From positions 47,304-111,303 of the forward strand of contig CAWBJU010000020.1 in assembly GCA_963789185.1 (NCBI GenBank): DNA of 64,000 nucleotides, read 5' to 3'. Position 1 is the first letter of the stretch. Each line of letters opens with the position of its first letter. Source of the DNA: an uncultured Acidobacteriota bacterium (lineage in GTDB: Bacteria; Acidobacteriota; Blastocatellia; Pyrinomonadales; Pyrinomonadaceae). Below, one piece after another: positions 1-9,809 of this stretch. The notes under the pieces are model-generated. The model was not told the DNA's origin, made no database searches, and worked only from the letters and a program-made list of their open reading frames with translations. Position numbers and translations under genes: made by a program.

Positions 1-788
1 TACGACAACACAGTCGCGCCCGTGATCAGCAATCCGGAGAGACGCAGATCACGCGACCACCGCGGAAGCTGAATCAGACCAAAGTAAAGCTCAACACCGA
101 TCGCACCGAGTGCCCACGTGAACCAGTGCGACGCAGCAGCCTCCGGAACCGGCAAACCGTAACTGAACTTCACCCACACGAAGTAACTCAGAAACATCCA
201 CGCTACACGCGCTGCCAAACAAACCGCGATCGTCACCCGCCAACCCCAACGAATCCGCACAAACAGCAACAGAAAATAGGCGAGATAGAGTTGCTCCTCG
301 ATCGCGAGCGTCCAGAACACGCCGTTGATCGTGTAGCACGTTTGCGGATCGAGGTTGTGCAGCATCAACAGATGCATCACGATGTCGTAAAAGAAAAAAT
401 GGGTGAAGTTGAGTTCGCCGTAGGAATAGGCGACGAGGAGAAAAAGTCCGAGGGCGATTATGTACGGCGGGTAAAGCCGGCGCAGACGTCGTTTCCAGAA
501 TGGACCAAAGCGAACGTCGGGCTCGACTCCCGTTGCTTTCGCCTTGGCCCATTGCAGATGAATGCAAAAACCCGAAATGACGAAAAACAGGAAGACGCCG
601 ATGTAGCCATACGAGCTGATGAACTGGAGCGCGCGGACGGGATAATCGAAGAAGTTGTTTGGCAGGGCATTTTTGCCCTGCTCGATAGCGTGATAGAGGA
701 CGACGCCTAAAGCCGCGATTCCGCGCAACGCGTCGATGCTGCGCAGGCGGCTGGTTTCGGTCGGGGGAGATTGGACCAGAGAGCTCAA
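1..788 (-). CDS. Acyltransferase family 3 membrane protein (OafA/YrhL-like); C-terminal part lies beyond the window edge
   Basis: The third minus frame is open from 788 to position 1, so the ORF track does not list it. My translation reads ...RSIDALRGIAALGVVLYHAIEQ...YGYIGVFLFFVISGFCIH...VFWTLAIEEQLYL..., the typical N-terminal motif set of this family. A TTG at 786-788 lies just after the stop of the upstream regulator gene; the exact start is uncertain. Confidence 0.7.
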   Translation of the reverse strand, partial: MSSLVQSPPTETSRLRSIDALRGIAALGVVLYHAIEQGKNALPNNFFDYPVRALQFISSYGYIGVFLFFVISGFCIHLQWAKAKATGVEPDVRFGPFWKRRLRRLYPPYIIALGLFLLVAYSYGELNFTHFFFYDIVMHLLMLHNLDPQTCYTINGVFWTLAIEEQLYLAYFLLLFVRIRWGWRVTIAVCLAARVAWMFLSYFVWVKFSYGLPVPEAAASHWFTWALGAIGVELYFGLIQLPRWSRDLRLSGLLITGATVLS

Positions 789-791
789 AGG

Positions 792-2243
792 TTATGCGGA
801 AACCAATGACGGTACGTCGATATTGTACTTCCGGATCTTGCTATACAGTCGCGGCCTGTAGATTCCCAAAAGATTGGCCGCTGCCTGTTTATTTCCACCG
901 GTGCGCTGCAACGTCCGCTCGATCACGAGCCGTTCGATGTCCTCGAGCGTCATGTTTGGCGGTACGTCCCAGGTAATTTGCGACGACGAACCTTCCGGCA
1001 CTGTTCCGTTATCGAAAGGCAAATCGATCGGTTCGATCTGCTTGTCCTTCGCGAGCAACACCGCGCGCTCAATCACGTTTTGCAACTCACGGACATTGCC
1101 GGGCCACGTGTGACCAAACAATCGCTGGTACGCAGCCTGCGAGACGCCCGTGATCGCGCGCTCATATTTTTGAGCATACATGTGAAGGAAATGCTCGGTC
1201 AAAAGTTGAATGTCTTCGTTTCGTTCGCGCAACGGCGGCACGTGAATCGTGATGGTCGAAATGCGATAGAAAAGATCGTCGCGCAGCAGCCCGTCGCGAA
1301 TCGCATCGGCAGGCGGACGATTGGTCGAACACACAAGACGAAAATCGACCGCGTACGTCTTTTCCGACCCGATCTTTCGATAACTTCTTTCCTGCAACAC
1401 GCGCAACAGCTTTGGCTGCAACTCGATCGGCATCTCGGCAATTTCGTCGAGCATTAGCGAACCACCGGCAGCGTGTTGCACGAGACCTTCCTTGTCGGCG
1501 TGCGCGCCGGTGAATGCACCTTTCGTATGTCCAAACAGTTCCGACTCGATCAGTTCCTTCGGTAACGCCGCGCAGTTTACTTTGATGAACGGCTTTTTCG
1601 ATCGCAGCGACTGGTAATGAATCGCGTTCGCGATCAACTCCTTGCCCGTGCCCGACTCCCCAACGATCAAAACATTCGCGTCAGACTTCGCCACCGATTC
1701 GATCGTTTCGTAAATCTGCTGCATCGGCTTTGACGCCCCGATGATGTTGAAATACTCGGCGCGCGTCGAAAGTTGTCGTCGCATGTTCGCGGTTTCAGCG
1801 ACGAGCTCGCGGCGTTCGAGCGCTTTTTCAACCAGCGGCTGAAGTTCCTCGAAATCAAACGGCTTCTCGACAAAATAGAAAGCACCGGCTTTAGTCGCGT
1901 CGACTGCTTTCTGCACCGTTCCGTATCCAGTGACAACTATCACTTCCGTAGTCGGTCGCGCGTCCTTCATGTGACGCAACACTTCGAGGCCGTCCATGTC
2001 CGGCAGTTGCAGGTCGCAAATCGCCAGGTGATGCGCGCCCTGGTCGAACAGTTCGATGGCGGCCGCACCAGTCGCCGCTGTGTCGACCGAATAGCCTTCC
2101 TCCATGAAGTTTTGTCGCAACGAGTCAGCCATCATCGGCTCGTCGTCTACGACAAGAATCCGCACTTCTTTGTTCTCCACCTTTTTCTCCTCTCTCGAAA
2201 TCGCCGCGCCTTGAGGCACCATGATGGTTTTACTCCCTATCAA
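792..2243 (-). CDS. Sigma-54-dependent response regulator (NtrC/AtoC-type enhancer-binding protein: REC + AAA+ + Fis-type HTH)
   Basis: Receiver motif VRILVVDDEP. Walker A GESGTGKE. Sigma-54 contact loop TKGAFTGA. C-terminal HTH NKQAAANLLGIYRPRLYSKIRK. Confidence 0.9.
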   Translation of the reverse strand: MIGSKTIMVPQGAAISREEKKVENKEVRILVVDDEPMMADSLRQNFMEEGYSVDTAATGAAAIELFDQGAHHLAICDLQLPDMDGLEVLRHMKDARPTTEVIVVTGYGTVQKAVDATKAGAFYFVEKPFDFEELQPLVEKALERRELVAETANMRRQLSTRAEYFNIIGASKPMQQIYETIESVAKSDANVLIVGESGTGKELIANAIHYQSLRSKKPFIKVNCAALPKELIESELFGHTKGAFTGAHADKEGLVQHAAGGSLMLDEIAEMPIELQPKLLRVLQERSYRKIGSEKTYAVDFRLVCSTNRPPADAIRDGLLRDDLFYRISTITIHVPPLRERNEDIQLLTEHFLHMYAQKYERAITGVSQAAYQRLFGHTWPGNVRELQNVIERAVLLAKDKQIEPIDLPFDNGTVPEGSSSQITWDVPPNMTLEDIERLVIERTLQRTGGNKQAAANLLGIYRPRLYSKIRKYNIDVPSLVSA

Positions 2244-2255
2244 AAGAATCAGTTG

Positions 2256-2921
2256 TTAACCGGCTCCTGAAAGCGGAAGCACTACGACAAGCTTGTGTTC
2301 CGCGAGATTTGTCGAGCCGCCGTGCGCCTCGATAATTTTCCTGGCCATCGACAACCGGATCTCGTCGCTACCGGCGAAAGTACGAAACGGATCGTGATCC
2401 AACGGCCTGAGGCCCGACCATTCGATCACAGCGTTGTTGTCGGAGGCTTTGAGGGACACTCTAACGGGCGCCGCACCCTCGTCTTTCTGTTTGAACTTAA
2501 TGGCTCCAGCAAACATCGACTTGATAGCGTCCGCGAGTTTGGAATGATCGAAGTCACCCTGTATCGAATCCGCGTCTAATTCGCAAACAACCTGGGCCTC
2601 GCCCTCCTGGAAACTCGAGCAAAGATTACGCAGCACTTTGGCGATTTCGAACCCGGGCTGTTTCTTCAGTTCGACCTCCCTCCCAAGCTCGACAATCATT
2701 GAAAGATCGGTGGCGGCGCGGTCCAGTCCGCTAATGAGCTTTCCAATCGTTTCCTGTTCGTCGTCTGGTCTTTCGCTCTTCTCGATCCGGCGCCGAAGGA
2801 ACGTGGCATACAGTTTGAGACCATTGAGCTGGTTCTTGAGGTCATGGACGATTTGAATCGAAGCTCGTCCGAGGTCTTGAAGCGATTTCGTATCTTCTAT
2901 CCTCGACATTGACGCCTTCAT
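2256..2921 (-). CDS. Small cytoplasmic histidine kinase (H-box plus HATPase-like C-terminus), partner of the regulator 12 nt downstream
   Basis: H-box IVHDLKNQLNGLKLY and C-terminal ...MARKIIEAHGGS.... No TM segments. Tight linkage to 792-2243. Confidence 0.65.
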   Translation of the reverse strand: MKASMSRIEDTKSLQDLGRASIQIVHDLKNQLNGLKLYATFLRRRIEKSERPDDEQETIGKLISGLDRAATDLSMIVELGREVELKKQPGFEIAKVLRNLCSSFQEGEAQVVCELDADSIQGDFDHSKLADAIKSMFAGAIKFKQKDEGAAPVRVSLKASDNNAVIEWSGLRPLDHDPFRTFAGSDEIRLSMARKIIEAHGGSTNLAEHKLVVVLPLSGAG

Positions 2922-3091
2922 CGATGCGAAAACTCTCTAATTCTTTTTAGGGGGCCGTAGGGGGAGGGAACCTCACACCGGACCGAGTGTACGAAAGAGC
3001 CTTTGGTCCAGCAGCTTTATGTGTTGTATTTCAATGCGGCATGGTAACAAAAAAGGCGCACGTATTCTAGTGATACAGTAAAATCAACAAC

Positions 3092-3520
3092 TTGGGGTGG
3101 GTCGGGCGTCCAGAATACGCTCAGTTTGGTCAGCAAATGCAGAATCCGGAACCAATCGAGACCGTCTTGCTGGTCGAAGACACGGAAGACAATCGTTTCA
3201 TGATGCGGCGTCTTTTGGAGATGACCGGGTACCGGGTGGTCGAAGCGACCAACGGCGAGGAGGCTGTTCGCCTTGCCGAGTCCGAGCAGCCGGACCTAAT
3301 CCTGATGGACCTGAGCCTGCCGGTAATCGATGGCCTCGCCGCCACGCGCGCCATCCGAAAACTTAATGGGCTGAGCAAGACACCCATCATTGCCGTTTCG
3401 GCCCACGACACTTCCGACTTCCAGTCCGACGCACTTGCCGCCGGCTGCGACAGCTACATCACCAAGCCAATCGATTTCAGCCAACTGGAACAGCTCATCG
3501 CCAAACTACTTGGGAAGTAA
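3092..3520 (+). CDS. Single-domain response regulator (CheY-like receiver)
   Basis: Motifs VLLVEDTEDNRFMMRR, PDLILMDLSLPVIDG, PIIAVSAH and ITKP. The real start is more likely the in-frame ATG at 3137 (MQNPEP...). Confidence 0.85.
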   Translation: MGWVGRPEYAQFGQQMQNPEPIETVLLVEDTEDNRFMMRRLLEMTGYRVVEATNGEEAVRLAESEQPDLILMDLSLPVIDGLAATRAIRKLNGLSKTPIIAVSAHDTSDFQSDALAAGCDSYITKPIDFSQLEQLIAKLLGK

Positions 3521-3547
3521 GCCGCAGTTTTATACAATTCCGTCACT

Positions 3548-4057
3548 ATGGCTGCTCCGGACCGCCGACTCGAAGCAAGCGAGTCGAACCGAACGCTGAT
3601 CATTGCCGTCGCAATTGGCGCTGCTGTTGTGATCGCAATCATCTTTGGATTTTTAATGTGGGCGATTAGCAGCGGTCCAAGTGCCGGTGTCACGTTGCAA
3701 GGCGCCATTCGTGCGGGCAATCCGGAGTTTGAAAAGCACAAGCCGAACATCGCCCTGGATGAGCCTGAAGGATTCGAAGCGAAACGTGCGCTGGGCGACC
3801 TTACGATGACGCTCCGAACCACCGTTCGTAATCTCACCGGAAAGACCATCACTGGTCTCGAGATCAAAGGCTCGGTCGTCGACTACGAAGGGAAGCCGGT
3901 CAAGGAGAAGACACTAATCTTCGTGCCGTCAGAGCGTCAGCCAGAGTTGCTGCCAAACAAGACGATGCAAGCACAAATGATGCTGGACGGAATGAAAGAC
4001 ACTGATCCACGCGCCAACATCAAGATGGAAGTGGTGGCATTTAAGATTAAGGATTAA
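3548..4057 (+). CDS. Hypothetical protein with an N-terminal membrane anchor
   Basis: Single hydrophobic helix LIIAVAIGAAVVIAIIFGFLMWAI followed by a soluble domain. No recognisable motif. Confidence 0.45.
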   Translation: MAAPDRRLEASESNRTLIIAVAIGAAVVIAIIFGFLMWAISSGPSAGVTLQGAIRAGNPEFEKHKPNIALDEPEGFEAKRALGDLTMTLRTTVRNLTGKTITGLEIKGSVVDYEGKPVKEKTLIFVPSERQPELLPNKTMQAQMMLDGMKDTDPRANIKMEVVAFKIKD

Positions 4058-4980
4058 GACTGGGATGATCCGTCGAGGAAGAGTTCCTCCAACGACTGCT
4101 TGATGGGTTGAATCGAAACAACTTTCCCGCCTGCTTTTCTCAACGCTGCAAGCGCACTTTCAATTTCATTTTCGCTGGAGATTTCGATTCGAAGTCCACG
4201 TGGCGTCGCAGAGATGTCGGCATTTGCGAGGTGTAGCGCCGATGCTTCGGCTCCCGCCGCGAGTATCTCCATCCGATTCGGACCTTCTGTCTTTTGACGT
4301 AACTCGTCGAGGTGTCCAACTTGCGCGAGCTTTCCGCGTTTCAGAATTGCGACGCGATCGCAAAGCACTTCGATATCGGAAAGAATGTGGGAACACATGA
4401 AGACAGTTTTTCCGTCTTCTCGCAGCGACGCGATCAGGTCGCGCACTTCACGACGTCCAACTGGATCGAGTCCGCTCATCGGTTCGTCAAGAAAGACGAT
4501 CTCAGGATCGTTTATCAACGACTGGGCCAGGCCGACGCGCTGTAGCATTCCTTTCGAAAACTTCCGGAGTTGCGTGTCCCACTTCTTTTCGTCGAGCTTG
4601 ACTCTCGCGAGGAGATCCGCGGCGCGTTTTTTCCGCTCGGCAGCCGAATAGCCGAAGATCTCAGCGCAGTACTCGAGAAACTCACGCCCGGTCAGGTAGT
4701 CATAGAAGTAAGGATTCTCGGGCAAGTAACCGATGTGTTCGTGCATGCGCACGTCCTGGATGTCGCGGTCGAGAATTCGTGCCGTACCGCTGGTCGGAAA
4801 GATCAAACGCATGAGGAGCTTGAGCGTGGTGGTTTTGCCTGCGCCGTTCGCGCCGAGAAAACCGAAGATCTGTCCCGCGTCGACCGAAAGTGAAAGATCG
4901 TCCAGCGCACGCACCCTACGTTTGCGGAAAAAACCGACCTGGTAGTCTTTCGTCAGATTTGCGATTTCGATAACCGGCAT
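4054..4980 (-). CDS. ABC transporter ATP-binding protein
   Basis: Walker A GANGAGKTT, signature FSKGMLQRVGLAQ, Walker B IVFLDEPMSGLD. Confidence 0.9.
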   Translation of the reverse strand: MPVIEIANLTKDYQVGFFRKRRVRALDDLSLSVDAGQIFGFLGANGAGKTTTLKLLMRLIFPTSGTARILDRDIQDVRMHEHIGYLPENPYFYDYLTGREFLEYCAEIFGYSAAERKKRAADLLARVKLDEKKWDTQLRKFSKGMLQRVGLAQSLINDPEIVFLDEPMSGLDPVGRREVRDLIASLREDGKTVFMCSHILSDIEVLCDRVAILKRGKLAQVGHLDELRQKTEGPNRMEILAAGAEASALHLANADISATPRGLRIEISSENEIESALAALRKAGGKVVSIQPIKQSLEELFLDGSSQS

Positions 4981-4996
4981 GGCGTTTAAATCGACT

Positions 4997-5908
4997 CTAT
5001 TTCATAGGAACTTTAGTCTGTTTCGGATCCAATTCGACTTCGCAGGCGCCGGCTTGCAGCACATACGGCGCGCCTGAAGGATCGAGTGGGGCTCCCGATT
5101 CGTCCATCGGGATGCGCAACGTGCGAAAGATCTGAGCGAGTTCGCGCCACGAATCAGGACATTTTCCGTAGCGTGTCTTGAACGCTGCGAATAACTTTCG
5201 CAACGCGTCCTGTTGGTCCAACGATTCCAATCGCATTAGTTGCTTCTGCGCCATTTCTCTGACGTGTTCTTCGCCGGCCTGCTCGTACATGCGCGTATAG
5301 ATCTCGCGTGCCGTCGAGCGACTCCCGCCCTCAGAGATGAGCTTTGCTTTCATCGCTTCCATCCACGTGGGAGCGCCGGGAATCTGCGCACCTCGTCCGT
5401 AGGTCTCACTCGCCTTTTCATAATCGCCCTGGCGCCAGTAGATGTAACCAAGATGGTGATAGAGCCGCCACGCATTCGGATTAGCGTCAATGCCTTTTTG
5501 TGTTAGGCGAATGGCTTGTTGCACGTTGATCGCCGGCAATACAGCGGCGGCGTATTCGTACGGTTCGATAAACTCCGGATCCAGCGTCGTCGCCGTGTCC
5601 AATAAAGGCGCGAGCAACGTCATGTTTAGTCCACGGAGATCGTCGAGAGAAATATCGCCTGTGGAGTTGAAAAGCTTCGTACCGGCGTATTGCAGCGAAC
5701 GCATCCAGTACCAATCGGCCGCCAGACCATTAAAACCGAGACTCATTCTCCGCACGGTCTTATCGTTTAGATAAAGAGCCTCGTCAATTGCGTTCGGATC
5801 AACCGGCGGTCGCAATGTATCGGTCCAGCGAACAAGCAGCGCGGCACTGGCCAACCCGACCACTACGATCAGACCCAGCGTGACATTCTTCAGGCGCTCG
5901 TTGTTCAT
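4997..5908 (-). CDS. Membrane-anchored TPR-like protein encoded between the ABC permease and ATPase genes
   Basis: N-terminal TM VTLGLIVVVGLASAALLV. TPR-like helices (YHHLGYIYWRQGDYEKASETYGRG). 3-nt and 16-nt gaps to its neighbours. Confidence 0.55.
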   Translation of the reverse strand: MNNERLKNVTLGLIVVVGLASAALLVRWTDTLRPPVDPNAIDEALYLNDKTVRRMSLGFNGLAADWYWMRSLQYAGTKLFNSTGDISLDDLRGLNMTLLAPLLDTATTLDPEFIEPYEYAAAVLPAINVQQAIRLTQKGIDANPNAWRLYHHLGYIYWRQGDYEKASETYGRGAQIPGAPTWMEAMKAKLISEGGSRSTAREIYTRMYEQAGEEHVREMAQKQLMRLESLDQQDALRKLFAAFKTRYGKCPDSWRELAQIFRTLRIPMDESGAPLDPSGAPYVLQAGACEVELDPKQTKVPMK

Positions 5909-5911
5909 CTC

Positions 5912-6769
5912 TTATTTGAAGTTTCGACGGCTGAAGATGAGAGTTGCCGCCGCGAGTGTCACGGTGATGTAGACGAATGCATACAGCGCGCTGGCGAAAA
6001 CAAATCCCGCCTCCGGTGTGCGACCATGAGCGGCCGGAGTAATAAAACTGTAGTTAGCAAGATTCGGCAGCAGGTAATACAAAGCAGTGAAGAACCACCG
6101 GGCCCCCGTGCTGCCGAGAGACGCCGCGAGCAGTTTCAGGTCGGCACTAAAGTGACCGGCAACAAAGATCAAGAACGTCAACAGAGCAGATAATGCCGGG
6201 GACGAAAACGAAGAGAACAGCAAAGCCACCGCAGTTAGCAGCATCAACTCGAGGTAGATTAATAATACCGCGGGCCAGATAGTGGGAATCAGCGGATCCC
6301 AACCACGACTCACATACAACAGCGCGAGGGAAACTCCCACTCCCATCACCACCACATTCACCAGGAGGGTGAAACAAAGACCGAAATATTTGCCAACTAA
6401 AAATTCGCCGCGACCGACCGGCTTCGAGAAAACCGCGTAGATCGTTCTCCGTTCGATCTCTTTGTAAACGAGTCCGACGCCAACAAAGATTGAGATGAAC
6501 ATGCCAAAGAGCAGCATTGCGCTCAGACCCAGGTCGACGATGATCTTGCGTTCCTGCCCGCCGGATAATTCACCGATAAAGATCGAGGCTGCGGTGAGCA
6601 GCAGCACAAACAACACGAGGTTATACAAAACACGATCGCGCACTGCCTCGCGAAAGGCATTGCGCGCGATTGCCGAAATGCGCCCAACGGTGCCGTTTCG
6701 GCGGAGCTTGGATTCTTCGAGGTGTGTGGTTGGTTGAGCCGCGTCCAACGTTCTCAGTTGTTGTTCCAT
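5912..6769 (-). CDS. ABC-2 type (NosY-like) transporter permease
   Basis: About six hydrophobic segments and a length typical of ABC-2 permeases. Operon context with the ATPase at 4054-4980. Confidence 0.7.
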   Translation of the reverse strand: MEQQLRTLDAAQPTTHLEESKLRRNGTVGRISAIARNAFREAVRDRVLYNLVLFVLLLTAASIFIGELSGGQERKIIVDLGLSAMLLFGMFISIFVGVGLVYKEIERRTIYAVFSKPVGRGEFLVGKYFGLCFTLLVNVVVMGVGVSLALLYVSRGWDPLIPTIWPAVLLIYLELMLLTAVALLFSSFSSPALSALLTFLIFVAGHFSADLKLLAASLGSTGARWFFTALYYLLPNLANYSFITPAAHGRTPEAGFVFASALYAFVYITVTLAAATLIFSRRNFK

Positions 6770-6851
6770 TGAGCTATTGCGGGCAACACAAATCTACCTT
6801 AAACGCATGGGGTGCGGAAGAGGATTTTTTGCCCGGGTTCGAACAATCGAT

Positions 6852-7376
6852 CTAGTTGTTGTTGAGAATAGTGCTACCGGCGGCCATAGCACGTAAAGCA
6901 TTAGCTGAGCAGGTTGGAGCGGTAGCGGTTTTGTTGAAGTACACGACGCCCAATTCGTTGACGTAAAAACTTCGTGATCCAGTAGCGAAGAGAATATTAA
7001 CAGATGTGTGTAGGAAAGCCTGCGCTTTCGCATCGAACGCAGGGACTCCGACGCCAGCGACACTGACTGCTGAAAATAGGAAACCACTCCTGGGCGTGCC
7101 CGGTCCGGCAATAGTTGCTCCACCAACTTTTGCATCAACAAAATTCAGAGTAGCGAGCGCTGTGAGGTCTCCGTAGTTACCGCCTCCGGCAGTCGCTCGG
7201 TAAGTGGCTTCGCCGCTGGAGATGACCCGTAACGCACTTAATGCAGAAGCCTCATTTGCAGCGCGTTTCGAGGACAGCAGGTTTGGAACCGCGATCGCTG
7301 CGAGCACGCCGATGACGGTGACCACGAGGATAAGCTCTATCAGCGAAAAGCCTTTATTAGATTTGGGGGATCTCAT
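6852..7376 (-). CDS. Type IV pilin-like protein (prepilin-type N-terminal cleavage/methylation domain)
   Basis: Class III signal MRSPKSNKG/FSLIELILVVTVIGVLAAIAVPNL with Gly-1, Phe+1 and Glu+5. Paralogue of 7488-7991. Confidence 0.85.
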   Translation of the reverse strand: MRSPKSNKGFSLIELILVVTVIGVLAAIAVPNLLSSKRAANEASALSALRVISSGEATYRATAGGGNYGDLTALATLNFVDAKVGGATIAGPGTPRSGFLFSAVSVAGVGVPAFDAKAQAFLHTSVNILFATGSRSFYVNELGVVYFNKTATAPTCSANALRAMAAGSTILNNN

Positions 7377-7429
7377 AATCGCGGTACTCCGCGTAAGTGT
7401 TTAAGAGTTGAGTCGTATGTTTGACTCGT

Positions 7430-7463
7430 AAAAAGTTGCGGAGGCGAGCCATCCCGCCTCCGC
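7430..7463 (-). terminator. Intrinsic terminator after the upstream pilin gene
   Basis: On the minus strand: GCGGAGGCG-loop-CGCCTCCGC (9-bp stem, 7438-7446/7455-7463) followed by AACTTTTTAC. It lies 25 nt after the stop at 7488. Confidence 0.6.
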
Positions 7464-7487
7464 AAGTGGTGAGATTGAGGAGGACGT

Positions 7488-7991
7488 TTAGTTGAGCAGC
7501 GTGGGTGCACCCACCATCGCACGGGCCGTGGTAGCGGCACAGGTCGGCGCGGCAGCGGTCGTGTTGAAGTACATGGGTCCAACTTCATTCACGTAGAAAC
7601 TGCGTGAACCGGTTCCGGTGATAGGGTTAGCCGTGGTGTGAGCTGATGGTACTGCGGTCGCATCGAAAGCATTCCAGTTAGCAATGACGGGAACCGCTGC
7701 TGCGAAGCCATAACCGCTCTTTGCGGTGACGCCGCTATTGGCGACGACTGAATCGACCAAGCCAACCGCAGCGAGGGCAGCCAAGTCACCGTAGGCGCCG
7801 CCACCAGCGGTTGCCTGATAAGTGGCCTCTGAACTGAAGATAACGCGCAGGGTCGCGATAGCCGAACCTTCGTTAGCGGCGCGACGTGAAGCGAGCAGGT
7901 TGGGGATAGCGATCGCGGCGATGATGCCGATGATCGCGACGACGATGAGAAGTTCGATTAGCGAAAAGCCTTCTTGGCGTTTGGTAGTCAT
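7488..7991 (-). CDS. Type IV pilin-like protein (probable major pilin)
   Basis: MTTKRQEG/FSLIELLIVVAIIGIIAAIAIPNL. The C-terminal block GSRSFYVNE.G..YFN.TA.APTC is shared with 6852-7376. Confidence 0.85.
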   Translation of the reverse strand: MTTKRQEGFSLIELLIVVAIIGIIAAIAIPNLLASRRAANEGSAIATLRVIFSSEATYQATAGGGAYGDLAALAAVGLVDSVVANSGVTAKSGYGFAAAVPVIANWNAFDATAVPSAHTTANPITGTGSRSFYVNEVGPMYFNTTAAAPTCAATTARAMVGAPTLLN

Positions 7992-8105
7992 TCGAGTTAG
8001 GTGCTCCTTAAAAGATTAGGGGGTTTTCCATTTAGTTAATCTCGCGCCACCGGCTTTCCGTTCCCTTGTGAGCCGCGCAAAGCGCGAAGTGTCGATATGG
8101 GCTTT

Positions 8106-8121
8106 AACAACCGGTGTGCCA
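8106..8121 (-). promoter_or_regulatory. Candidate sigma-54 promoter upstream of the pilin gene
   Basis: The minus strand reads TGGCAC-ACCGG-TTGT, about 115 nt upstream of the ATG at 7991. The -24 element is perfect; the -12 element is TTGT rather than TTGC, so this is a weak call. Confidence 0.35.
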
Positions 8122-8282
8122 CTGGAGGTTTTCCCGCGAAAGGCAAAAAAGAGATCTTTTTTGATCGAAATTTTGCTCGTGAGAGGGTTGGACCAAGGGG
8201 GTCTCAGAAAGGCTGACAAAATTCGGCAGAGCGGAAATGACGGTTTCCGGCAGGCACCAGGATTTGTAAGGAAATGGGTGGG

Positions 8283-9797
8283 TTAGTTTTCCCCAACACC
8301 GGCAGCGAACTCGCCGGTGTCGTCCTCGCGGCGGCGGCCCGGGGCATCGGTGGACCGGCGGCGGGGATGGGAATCTGGACCACGTCGCTCATCACGCATC
8401 TGAGCTGTCAGACCGCGAACGCCGTGCTTGTCCAGTAAGTGCCTCAGCGAGCGTACCGACAATCGCAAGAGCTCCGCAGCGTTGGTCTGATTGCCCGATG
8501 TGCGGCGAAGTGCCTCAAGTACGTAGGTCTTTTCGAGCTGGTCCAAGTGGGCCGTGAGATTGATACCTTCGTCTGGAAACTCCATCGCTTCCGCGACGCG
8601 ATACGGATTGTAGTTGGTGATCTTTTCAGGTAGACGTTCCGGCTCGATCGAGTTCGTTCGTTCGAGGGCGACAGCACGTTCGATCGTGTGTTCCAACTCA
8701 CGCACGTTTCCGGGCCACGAGTAGCGTTCCAGCAACCGCATCGCGGTTTCGCTGATGCCTAACGAGCGTCCCGCGGGCGCGCAAAACTTCTGCACAAAGT
8801 GTGTGGCCAGATCGGATATATCTTCGGCCCGCTCACGCAGCGGCGGAAGCTCGATCGGGATCACGGAGATGCGATAGTAAAGGTCCTCGCGAAACGTTCC
8901 GGAGGTAACCATACTCGCAAGGTCGCGATTGGTGGCCGCAATGACCCGAGTATCGACTGTGCCCTCTTCAGTTGCGCCAACCGGGCGAACTTTTCGCTCC
9001 TGCAAGACCCTCAAGAGCTTGACCTGCATGGCCGGCGACATCTCGCCGATCTCGTCGAGAAAGATCGTGCCGCTGTTTGCTGCTTCAAAAAGCCCTTTGC
9101 GGTTAGCGTTCGCACCCGTGAATGATCCCTTGACGTAGCCAAACAGCTCAGACTCGAGCAACGTCTCCGTGAAAGCTCCACAGTTGACCGACACAAACGG
9201 CTTCTCGGCGCGCGGACTGAGATCGTGAATCGCGCGGGCCACCAGTTCCTTACCCGTGCCAGATTCGCCGGTGACGAGCACCGTCGACTGCACCTGCGCA
9301 ACGGTTTCCACCATCTGGTAAAGCGAAAGCATCCGCTGGCTGCGACCGATGATGTTGCCGAGCTTTCCGCGCGTGCGTTGTCCCTGGATCAGCGCCTTGT
9401 TCTCTTCGAGCAAGGCTTCTTTCTCTTTAACGAGCGTGATCTTGTCGAGCGCGCGGGTGACAGTCTCTTTGAGCAGATCGTTGTCGAATGGTTTTTGAAC
9501 GAAGTCGTAGGCGCCGAGGAGAAATGCCTCACGTGCGGTGTCGACGTTCGCGAAGGCCGTCATCATGATTACTTCCACTTCGGGCAATAACTCCTTCGCG
9601 ACCCGCAAAAGATCGACGCCGTTCATGTCAGGCATGCGAATGTCGGAGATGATCAGATCCGGGGCCTGCTCGCGGAGCTGGGCCATGGCTTCATTGCCAT
9701 TCTCGGCGACCCGTACGGTGTGTCCCTCGCGTTGGAGCAGGTGCGTCAGAAACTGCCGCATCCCGAGCTCATCGTCAACAATTAGAAGATTGGCCAT
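8283..9797 (-). CDS. pilR: Sigma-54-dependent response regulator, PilR-like
   Basis: REC LLIVDDELGMRQFL, Walker A GESGTGKE, loop VKGSFTGA, HTH NQTNAAELLRLSVRSLRHLL. It sits between a PilS-like kinase and the pilin genes. It has an Arg-rich C-terminal tail. Confidence 0.8.
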   Translation of the reverse strand: MANLLIVDDELGMRQFLTHLLQREGHTVRVAENGNEAMAQLREQAPDLIISDIRMPDMNGVDLLRVAKELLPEVEVIMMTAFANVDTAREAFLLGAYDFVQKPFDNDLLKETVTRALDKITLVKEKEALLEENKALIQGQRTRGKLGNIIGRSQRMLSLYQMVETVAQVQSTVLVTGESGTGKELVARAIHDLSPRAEKPFVSVNCGAFTETLLESELFGYVKGSFTGANANRKGLFEAANSGTIFLDEIGEMSPAMQVKLLRVLQERKVRPVGATEEGTVDTRVIAATNRDLASMVTSGTFREDLYYRISVIPIELPPLRERAEDISDLATHFVQKFCAPAGRSLGISETAMRLLERYSWPGNVRELEHTIERAVALERTNSIEPERLPEKITNYNPYRVAEAMEFPDEGINLTAHLDQLEKTYVLEALRRTSGNQTNAAELLRLSVRSLRHLLDKHGVRGLTAQMRDERRGPDSHPRRRSTDAPGRRREDDTGEFAAGVGEN

Positions 9798-9809
9798 GAT
9801 TTCATTTCC

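Noticed and set aside
91-710. ORFs 126-710 (+, 194 aa), 91-567 (-, 158 aa) and 458-670 (-) at the window start
   Set aside because: Their translations are Arg/Pro/His-rich with no motifs. The remaining minus frame, which is open to the window edge and therefore not listed, encodes a clear acyltransferase-3 protein. The listed ORFs are shadow frames.
6835-6844. GGGTTCGAAC, which resembles a tRNA T-arm, in the spacer after the pilin gene
   Set aside because: There is no complementary T-stem, acceptor stem or anticodon arm around it. I found no tRNA-like cloverleaf anywhere in the window.
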